In this document: positions 56,163-64,000 of the stretch, piece after piece
Position numbering within the stretch: position 1 is the stretch's first letter
Layout: each line of letters starts with the position of its first letter
NCBI GenBank assembly: GCA_963755915.1
Contig: CAVWLP010000003.1
Location: 960,001-1,024,000 of the forward strand
Reading direction: 5' to 3'
Length of the DNA stretch: 64,000 nt
From: an uncultured Phycisphaerales bacterium
Lineage (GTDB): Bacteria > Planctomycetota > Phycisphaerae > Tepidisphaerales > Tepidisphaeraceae
Translations under genes and position numbers: made by a program
Notes under the pieces: generated by a model
Seen by the model: the letters and a program-made list of their open reading frames with translations, nothing else
Databases searched by the model: none
Told to the model about the DNA's origin: nothing

Positions 56163-58236
56163 ATGCCCAACTTCGAAGTCGTCAGCCCCTATCAGCCCCA
56201 GGGCGATCAGCCACAGGCCATCGACAAGCTCGCCGCCGGCATTCAGAGCGGCCAGCCCTTCCAGACCCTCATGGGCGTCACCGGCTCCGGCAAGACCTTC
56301 ACCATGGCCCACACCATCGCCCGTGTGAACCGGCCCACACTCGTCATCTCCCACAACAAAACCCTCGCCGCCCAGCTTTACCAGGAATTCAAGGATCTCT
56401 TTCCCCACAACGCTGTCGGCTATTTCGTCAGCTACTACGACTACTACCAGCCCGAAGCCTACATCCCCCAGCGCGACATCTACATCGAGAAAGACGCGAG
56501 CCGCAATGACGATCTCGACCGCCTGCGCCTGGCCGCCACCAGCAACCTCGTGAGCCGCAACGACGTGCTGCTCGTCGCCTCCGTCTCCTGCATCTTCGGC
56601 CTCGGCTCCCCCACCGACTACAAGGCCTCCGTCCTTCCGATCCGAGTCGGTGAAACCACCGACCGCGACGCCATGCTCCACAAGCTCATCGACCTCCAGT
56701 ACGCCCGCAACGACATCGACTTTAAGCGCGCCACTTTCCGCGTCCGCGGCGACGTGATCGAGCTCCACCCCTCCTACGAGGAATTCGCCTACCGGATCGA
56801 AATGTTCGGGGATGAGATCACCACCATCGAAGCTGTCAATCCTCTCACCGGCGAGGTGTTGCACAGCGAGTCGCAGATCTTCATCTACCCCGCCGTCCAC
56901 TACGTCATGCCCGAAGAGCGCGTCCAGGGCGCCGTCCAGTCGATCCGCGAAGAGCTCGACCAGCAGGTGATGCACCTGCGCGGCCAGGGCAAGCTCCTCG
57001 AAGCCCAGCGACTGCTGGCGCGAACCAAGTACGACCTGGAGATGATCCTGGAAGTCGGCTATTGCAGCGGGATCGAAAACTACAGCCGCCACCTCGACGG
57101 CCGCAAGCCCGGCGAAAAACCGTACACGCTGATCGACTATTTCCCGAAGGATTTCGTGCTGGTCATCGACGAATCGCACGTGACCATGCCGCAGATCCAC
57201 GCGATGTACAACGGCGACCGCCAGCGCAAGGAGGTGCTGGTCGAGCATGGCTTCCGCCTTCCCAGCGCGCTCGATAATCGCCCCCTGAAGTTCGAGGAAT
57301 TCGAAAAGATGTGGCACCAGGTGGTTTTCGTCTCGGCCACGCCCGGCAAATTTGAGCTTGAAAAAACCGGCGGCGAAATCGTCGAGCAGGTGATCCGCCC
57401 GACGGGGCTGGTGGACCCGGAAATCGTCGTGCATCCCGCCCAAGGGCAGGTGCCGCACCTGCTGGAACAGGTTCAGCGAGCGCGCCGCCCGCGGCGAGCG
57501 CGTTCTAGTCACCGCCCTCACCAAACGTCTCGCCGAAGACCTGAGCGCCTACATCCAGGAGGCCGGCATTCGCGGCCGCTACCTGCACAGCGAAATCGAA
57601 ACCATCGAGCGCGTCGAAATCCTCAACGACTTGCGCAAGGGCGAATTCGACGTGCTGGTGGGAATCAACCTCCTGCGCGAAGGTTTGGATTTGCCGGAGG
57701 TTTCGCTGGTGGCGATTCTGGATGCCGACAAGGCCGGCTTCCTGCGCAGCGAGACCTCGCTGATCCAAACCATCGGCCGGGCCGCGAGAAATTTGAATGC
57801 CCGGGTCATTCTCTATGCCGACAGCATCACGCCGGCAATGAAGCTTGCGATGGACGAAACCACCCGCCGGCGAGAGATCCAGCAGCGCTACAACGCCGAG
57901 CACGGCATCACCGCCCGCAGCGTCGAGAAGGCGATCCGCACCGGCATCGAATCCGAGGTGAAGGCCCGCCGGACGGCGCGGGAGATGATCCACGAAAGCG
58001 AAAAGCAGTTCGACCAGGGCGAGCTTATCCACCTGCTTGAGGAAGAAATGCTCGAAGCCGCCAAAAACCTGGAGTTCGAGCGCGCCGCCCAGCTTCGCGA
58101 CAAGATTAATGAGGTCAAAGGCGTCCCCACGATCCGCAGCACGCGGTCGTGGGACCCGGAAGTCACCGAATCCGATCAGCGCACGAAAATCTGGCGTCCC
58201 AAGAGCGCTGGCAAGCGCAAACGCACGGCGAAGTGA
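56163..58236 (+). CDS. uvrB: Excinuclease ABC subunit B, frameshift near 57477
   Basis: [51 protein letters not shown]. Confidence 0.96.
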
Positions 58237-58245
58237 AAGTTTCCA

Positions 58246-58312
58246 TTGCCTATTGCCCATTTCCTATTTGGGATGTGATTAAATTGGCAATAGGAAATTG
58301 GAAATTGGCAAT
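58246..58312. repeat. Inverted heptamer repeats between uvrB and purC
   Basis: attgcct/attgccc/atttcct mirrored by ggcaata/ggaaatt/ggaaatt/ggcaatt. Confidence 0.65.
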
Positions 58313-58339
58313 TCCTTTACCCGTTGCTAATCTGCCGAA

Positions 58340-59227
58340 ATGAACACGCCACTGTTAAAATCGTCGCTTCCGTTTCCCGTCCGGCGGGGGAAAGTCCGGG
58401 ATGTCTATGATCTCGGCGACTCGCTGCTCATCGTCGCCACCGATCGCATCAGCGCTTTCGACTGCGTGATGCCCAACGGGATTCCCGACAAGGGCAAAAT
58501 CCTGACTGCCCTCAGCCTCTTCTGGTTTGAAAAGTTTGCGGGCGATTTCGAGAACCATTTGATCGCGGCGGATGTCAAAAAGTATCCCGAGAAGCTCAAG
58601 CCCTTTGCCGAGCAGATTGAAGGCCGCTCGATGCACGTGACCAAGGCCGAGGTGATTCCCATCGAGTGCGTCGCCCGCGGCTATCTTGCCGGCTCCGGGT
58701 GGAAGGAATACCAGAAAACGCAAAAAGTCTGCGGCGTATCGCTGCCAAAAGGCCTGCGCCAATGCGATCGCCTTCCGGAGGCGATCTTCACGCCGGCGAC
58801 AAAGGAAGAATCCGGACACGACGTCAACATCAGCTTCGAGCAGACCGCCGAGCGCATCGGGCATGACATTACCGACGAGCTGAAGCGCCGCACCCTGCGG
58901 CTCTACTCCCTGGCCGCCGAACACGCCCTCAAATGCGGTGTCATCATCGCCGACACGAAATTCGAGTTCGGACGACTCCCTGGCGGAAAAATCATCCTCA
59001 TCGACGAGGTTCTGACCCCAGACAGCAGCCGATTCTGGCCGGCCGATCGGTATGAGCCGGGCCGAGATCAGGAAAGCTTTGATAAGCAATACGTCCGCAA
59101 TTACCTGGAGAAGGTTGATTGGGACAAGCAGCCGCCGGCGCCGGCATTGCCGGAAGACGTGGTCAAAGGAACACGCGAGAGGTATGTCGAGGCGTATCGC
59201 ATGTTGACGGGGAGATCGGGCTTTTAA
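58340..59227 (+). CDS. purC: SAICAR synthetase
   Basis: [46 protein letters not shown]. Confidence 0.96.
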   Translation: MNTPLLKSSLPFPVRRGKVRDVYDLGDSLLIVATDRISAFDCVMPNGIPDKGKILTALSLFWFEKFAGDFENHLIAADVKKYPEKLKPFAEQIEGRSMHVTKAEVIPIECVARGYLAGSGWKEYQKTQKVCGVSLPKGLRQCDRLPEAIFTPATKEESGHDVNISFEQTAERIGHDITDELKRRTLRLYSLAAEHALKCGVIIADTKFEFGRLPGGKIILIDEVLTPDSSRFWPADRYEPGRDQESFDKQYVRNYLEKVDWDKQPPAPALPEDVVKGTRERYVEAYRMLTGRSGF

Positions 59228-59269
59228 GCACCGAACGCCGCCAAAGCATGCCAAATCGATGCTTTGCGC

Positions 59270-59620
59270 TCAGCACGCGATCGCGCGGTCGTTCGCATCC
59301 TGTGGCGGCTGAAACCGCGAGATCTTTCCCGAGGCCCGCAGCGGCGCATAGTGCATGAAATAATGCCACAGCAGGCAGGGATCGTTCACTTCCCGCAGAT
59401 AGAATTCGGAACAGAACCAGCGGTTCTCGTGTCCCATGGCGACTTCCCATCGCCGGGCAAAGTCGGCTGCGCCCCCGCTCTCAATATAATAGCGGATCAG
59501 GTGCTCTTCTTCGTGCACGTCGCGATTGCACATCCTATTGCAGAAATATCGATTTGTTTCACCCAAAGCCTCTTCGAGTTGCAGTTGAACACGGAAGATC
59601 GTGAGCATGTAGCCCTCCAC
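59270..59620 (-). CDS. Hypothetical protein with an internal duplication
   Basis: NRYFC...LIRYYI and NRWFC...LWHYFM. Confidence 0.5.
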   Translation of the reverse strand: MEGYMLTIFRVQLQLEEALGETNRYFCNRMCNRDVHEEEHLIRYYIESGGAADFARRWEVAMGHENRWFCSEFYLREVNDPCLLWHYFMHYAPLRASGKISRFQPPQDANDRAIAC

Positions 59621-59729
59621 TGGATAACATTCTAATATTCAGGCAGCGCGAAGCAAACGACTGGAAGAGGGAATTTGCGGCGGGGAGCTGTTATCGGGCA
59701 TCGCGCAGTTAAAGGATGAGGACCGTATC

Positions 59730-60992
59730 ATGCCAGGAATGAAAGGCGCGAGTTTCCTGCGGATTTTGGCGGTTTTTTGGCTGGCAACATCCGCCGCGGC
59801 GGAGGACATCGACGGCGTGCAGCCCGCGGCACTCGATCAGCCGCGGATCAACCTGGTTGTGCGCCGCTCGGCCGGCGGCACTGTTCTGGCCTCGCAGGGG
59901 GGCGATTTCAATGTCGAGGCATTTTTGGATACCGGAGCCGGTTCGATCGATTTTTCGCCCAAAACGGCCCAGCAACTGGGGATTTCCCGTGAGACGATTG
60001 GTAAGACCGAAGCGAGATTTCAGGACGTGGGAGTCGGCGGCAACAGCGACTTCGCGGTGTCGGAGCCGATTTTCATTTCGCTCGCGCCGATGACGCCCAA
60101 TGTGGACGTGGAGCAGAAGGACGCGATCGCCATGACCTACGGCCAGACAACGGGCCCGGTTCGCGCCGAGATCGGTCCGATCACCAGCGGGATGGATTTT
60201 CTCACCGAGCTGGCGATGGGCGACCTGGACATCGCGGGCATGCCCGCGATGGCGGGAAAAATCGTGGTGATGGACCCGCGCGACGTAAATGCGATGACCG
60301 ACAAAATTCGCACGTTTGTTTACGATCCGAAAACCGTTCAGATCGGCCAGGTCCCGAAAACATCTGAGCATGTGAAGCTGACCTACGTTTCGTTCGCGGG
60401 CTTCACGAAAATTTCGCCCCCGACAGCACCAGGCCCGGTGATTGGCTGGAATCCGATGATCGGGCCAAATCCATTTGCGAATCGGGCCGATCGGACGCCC
60501 GGGATTTCCTGGACGCACGCGGGAAAATCGGGAACGGGCATGTGGCTGCTGGATACGGGTTCCGCGGTCTCGATGATTTCCCGCAAGAAGGCGGCCGAGC
60601 TGGGGATAACCTATGTGCCGGGAACGGATGGAACGGCGCAGCCGAAACTGAGCGCCGCTGCGGGCCAGAAACAATTCGTCATGACGGTAGGCGGCATCGG
60701 TGGCTCAAAAAAATCGGCGGGATTCTTTCTCGATCGCCTGGTGATTCCAACCATGGAAGGAAAGGGAATCGTTTTCGATCACGCCCCGGTTCTGGTCGCG
60801 GATATCACGGTGACGGATGCCAAGGGCAACGCCTTCACGCTCGACGGCGTGCTGGGGATGAATTTCCTGGTCGCCAGCGCCATGGTCGATGAGAACAGCG
60901 TCGTTCCCGACATCGGGCAGATGACCGCGGGGGCGTTCAAGTGGATCGTGATCGATCATCATGCGGGATGGCTCGGCGTGGAGAGAAACTAA
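59730..60992 (+). CDS. Secreted aspartyl protease with two retropepsin-like motifs
   Basis: Signal peptide; FLDTGA and LLDTGS; GVLGMNFL. Confidence 0.75.
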   Translation: MPGMKGASFLRILAVFWLATSAAAEDIDGVQPAALDQPRINLVVRRSAGGTVLASQGGDFNVEAFLDTGAGSIDFSPKTAQQLGISRETIGKTEARFQDVGVGGNSDFAVSEPIFISLAPMTPNVDVEQKDAIAMTYGQTTGPVRAEIGPITSGMDFLTELAMGDLDIAGMPAMAGKIVVMDPRDVNAMTDKIRTFVYDPKTVQIGQVPKTSEHVKLTYVSFAGFTKISPPTAPGPVIGWNPMIGPNPFANRADRTPGISWTHAGKSGTGMWLLDTGSAVSMISRKKAAELGITYVPGTDGTAQPKLSAAAGQKQFVMTVGGIGGSKKSAGFFLDRLVIPTMEGKGIVFDHAPVLVADITVTDAKGNAFTLDGVLGMNFLVASAMVDENSVVPDIGQMTAGAFKWIVIDHHAGWLGVERN

Positions 60993-61099
60993 GGGCCAGT
61001 GGGATTGAATAATCTCAGCAGCCAAAAACAATAGCCCGTGCATATGATTATGAGACATCCGCCCAGCTTATGTGAGGCGGAGGAGGGACCGATTCGAAG

Positions 61100-62215
61100 A
61101 TGTCGGAGTACGTGGAAGCCAAACCTATGACGGCTTTTGTGGAATCGTGCGTGGAAACTGTTGCCGGGTCCGCCCAGGCGGCGCAGCGCCATGCGCAGAC
61201 GCCCTCCTTCCGCAAGTTGCTGAAGCTCCTCACTGACAAGAAAAACATCCTGATCACGACGCACCGCCACCCCGACCCCGACGCCCTGGCCAGCGCCTGG
61301 GCGCTGTGCCTCCTCCTCGGCGATAAATTGCCAGCGGCCGCCGTCACGATGTCGATTACCGACAAGCTTTCCGGCGGGATCAACGAAACATTCATCAAGC
61401 GCACGAACCTGAAGCTCGCTCCCTGGGACGAAGCCGCTCTGACGCAGTACGACGCGATCATCCTCACCGACGTGATGCCCGGCGCCGCCTCCAGCCCCTT
61501 GCCCGAGGGAATCACACCGCTGGCGGTGATCGATCATCACCGCTCGCGCCGCCGGCTGAAATGCCCGTTCACGGACATCCGCCCCGACGTCGGTGCTTCG
61601 ACCTCGATCATCTTCAGCTACTACATGGAAGTGGAGCAGCCGATCTCGCAGGACCTCGCGGCCTCGATGCTCTACGCCATCGAATCCGACCTCGCCGGCG
61701 CCGCCGGACAACCGGGCGAACTGGACAATATCGCCCTCTCCGGCCTGACTCTCCTGGCCGACACGCGCAAGCTCTACCAGATGCGCTACGTGGATCTGCC
61801 GCAGAGCTATTACATGTGCTACTGGAACGGCCTCTCCAATGCGACCTATTTCGAAAACGCGATCATGTCGCATCTGCCCGCATTCGATTCTCCCGAACAG
61901 CCCGCGATGATCGCCGATTTTTTGCTGCGCTTTGAGCCGGTCCAGTGGTCGCTGGTCACGGCCATGGACGGAACGCGACTGGTGATCAGCCTGCGGACCA
62001 GCAGCGGGAAGCTCTCCGCGGCCGACATGATCCGCCGGCTCCTGCGGGGCCAGGGCGAGGGGGGCGGCCATCGCACCAAGGCGGGTGGATTTATCCGGCT
62101 GGAGTCGGGAACCCCCGGCGAAATCGAACGCAAGCGTACTCTGCTGCGACGCCGCTACCTCAGGGCCCTGGGAATCAAGGCCACACCGGGAAAAAAGCTT
62201 ATCCCCAAAGAATAA
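61100..62215 (+). CDS. DHH/DHHA1 phosphoesterase
   Basis: THRHPDPDA, IDHH, SLR, GGGH. Confidence 0.88.
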   Translation: MSEYVEAKPMTAFVESCVETVAGSAQAAQRHAQTPSFRKLLKLLTDKKNILITTHRHPDPDALASAWALCLLLGDKLPAAAVTMSITDKLSGGINETFIKRTNLKLAPWDEAALTQYDAIILTDVMPGAASSPLPEGITPLAVIDHHRSRRRLKCPFTDIRPDVGASTSIIFSYYMEVEQPISQDLAASMLYAIESDLAGAAGQPGELDNIALSGLTLLADTRKLYQMRYVDLPQSYYMCYWNGLSNATYFENAIMSHLPAFDSPEQPAMIADFLLRFEPVQWSLVTAMDGTRLVISLRTSSGKLSAADMIRRLLRGQGEGGGHRTKAGGFIRLESGTPGEIERKRTLLRRRYLRALGIKATPGKKLIPKE

Positions 62216-62284
62216 CAGACGCGCACCACTCCCCGCCGAAGCTGGATTTTCTCTTGTGTTAACTGCATTTGCTGTCTAACTTAG

Positions 62285-62566
62285 ATGGGCAGTTCTTACG
62301 CAATGACGCCCAGCAAACCAGGCAAAGATCAGCTCGTTCTCATTCACGTCGAAGGCATGCATTGCCACAAGTGCGAGAACGCCATCACCAAGGCGATTTC
62401 CGCCAAGCTGGGGGTGCATGAAGTCGAGGTGGATTTCAACAGCAAACAGGCGTCGGTCCTGTTCGATCCCGGCTCGGTGAGCGTTGGAGAATTGATGACG
62501 GCCGTCAACGACGCGGGCTATCGTGCAATCTCGTTCAGCAAAGTGGCGGCGGAGTCGATGCAGTAA
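62285..62566 (+). CDS. Heavy-metal-associated (CopZ-like) protein
   Basis: VEGMHCHKC, AVNDAGY. Confidence 0.88.
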   Translation: MGSSYAMTPSKPGKDQLVLIHVEGMHCHKCENAITKAISAKLGVHEVEVDFNSKQASVLFDPGSVSVGELMTAVNDAGYRAISFSKVAAESMQ

Positions 62567-62587
62567 AACTCATCGAATTCGAGAGCC

Positions 62588-63358
62588 CTATTCCACGACC
62601 TCGCCCTTCATCTGAGTATGCCCGGTCGGTGTCTGATGATCCCCCTGCATCGGTTCATCGGTCACGGCCAGCTTGACCGAAGCGTTCGAGGGGAGCGGCG
62701 GGATGGTTCCCAAAAGCGTGGCGGTTCCGGTTTCCCCGATATCGAACGTACCGGCCGGCAGCTTCTGGTCGTTGGAGATCAGCCACAGCTCGTAAGTTTT
62801 GCCTGGCTCGGCAGGCCGCATCCCGCAGGCAAAGAAGTACCACTTTTTCATATCGGGATCGAGGAAGACGTGACCCACGGCCCTGGGCTGCGCATCCCCC
62901 GAAAGCTCGGCGAATTCCATGTCGCCCAGATTATGTTTCACGGCGGATAGGTGACCCTGAGCCGAGATTAATTCCGCTTCGAGTGTCGAGATCGCCGTCA
63001 CGTCTCCCGGTGAATGCGGATTGGGGTTGGGCCAAAACTGACGCACGGTCAGCAGCGTAACGGCAACCGCAAGCACGGCAGCGACTGCCGCGGGAAGCAC
63101 AATCCGGTCCCACCCGCCGATGCGCATCCGCGATTCGCCATGAATTTCTGACAGGATTTTCGCCCTCAGACTCGCCGGTGGCTGCGCGGCGGGGAGAGCC
63201 AGTGAAAGCATCGCCAGCGTGGCTTGGGCTTCGGCGAGATAACCGGCGCACTGTGGGCAGCCGCTTGCAAGGTGCTGGCGCACCTCGGCCCACTCGGCCT
63301 CATCGAGCGTGCCGGCCGCCCAGAGCAGAATCTGATCTCGTCTTTCCCTACAGTCCAC
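62588..63358 (-). CDS. RskA-like zinc-finger anti-sigma factor
   Basis: HLASGCPQC, TM, YELWLI, AVTDEP. Confidence 0.85.
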   Translation of the reverse strand: MDCRERRDQILLWAAGTLDEAEWAEVRQHLASGCPQCAGYLAEAQATLAMLSLALPAAQPPASLRAKILSEIHGESRMRIGGWDRIVLPAAVAAVLAVAVTLLTVRQFWPNPNPHSPGDVTAISTLEAELISAQGHLSAVKHNLGDMEFAELSGDAQPRAVGHVFLDPDMKKWYFFACGMRPAEPGKTYELWLISNDQKLPAGTFDIGETGTATLLGTIPPLPSNASVKLAVTDEPMQGDHQTPTGHTQMKGEVVE

Positions 63359-63359
63359 T

Positions 63360-63910
63360 TTATTCCTTACGTAAGCAATCGCGCAGGCGGATTAGGCCCT
63401 GGCGAATATAAGTCTTTACGGTTCCCAGCGGTTTATTCAGTTTTTCCGCAATTTGCGTGTGGGTAAGCCCGTCGAAAAAGGCCAGTTCGACGGCCTGGCG
63501 ATATTCGAAATCAAGCTGCGCCAGTGCCGCCTGCACGCGGGTTGCGTTCTCGGAAATGGCGGCCGCCGAAGGGGGATCGACCACGGCCGCGGGAGCATCC
63601 ACCCCCACCGCCGATTCCATCCCGCGATTGCGCAACGCCAGCGAGCGCCGCCGGTCAATGGCACGGCTGCGCGCAGCGTCACAAGATAAGTCATCGGCGC
63701 ACCGCGGCCCGGGTCATATCGCTCGGCCCGGCGCCACAGCTCGATGAAAACATCCTCAACCAGTTCCTCAGCCTCCCCGCGATCGCGCAAAATCCGCAAA
63801 GCCAGGGTGAAAACCAAACCACCGTATCGGTCGTAGATTAGTCCGAGGGCCACGGAATCCCGAAGCTCGATGCGACGCATGAGATCGTAGTCGTCGGGGG
63901 CATCGGGCAT
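63360..63910 (-). CDS. SigK-like ECF sigma factor, frameshift near 63675
   Basis: [33 protein letters not shown]. Confidence 0.88.
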
Positions 63911-64000
63911 GGAGCGAAGAATGGTAACGATTGGTTCGGGAAGTTGCGAGTCGCGACTACTCGATGACAAGGCGCGGAATCAGTTGGTCGGAAAGCCGGA

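Overview
High-GC bacterial chromosome segment, most likely Planctomycetota (Phycisphaerae/Tepidisphaerales-like; inferred from ATQP/TTQP low-complexity motifs and an LEPRxLL-type N-terminal motif). It is mostly core genome (metK, alaS, lysS, ilvE, FabZ-like, LolCDE-like, nadC, uvrB, purC). Many genes, including essential ones, are split by single-base indels, which looks like long-read consensus error. Main accessory features: (1) a complete group II intron (282-2254, minus strand) inserted into one arm of a 29-bp intergenic palindrome, which is restored exactly when the intron is removed; (2) an ~18 kb type IV filament/T2SS-like operon (33653-51607) with a kinase, response regulator, HD-GYP and STAS cassette between the secretin/TPR genes and an MshEN-like ATPase; (3) a 40-bp REP-like palindrome seen four times, only in that operon, with two copies translated inside prepilin leader peptides; (4) an orphan, motif-degenerate RnfC/RnfD pair; (5) a GH10-like protein lacking both catalytic glutamates; (6) a RelE/ParE-type toxin with an in-frame TAG that the ORF track misses; (7) a ~64-aa insert and low-GC patch inside alaS. 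No rRNA, tRNA or CRISPR array was seen. All calls come from reading motifs by eye; no searches were run.
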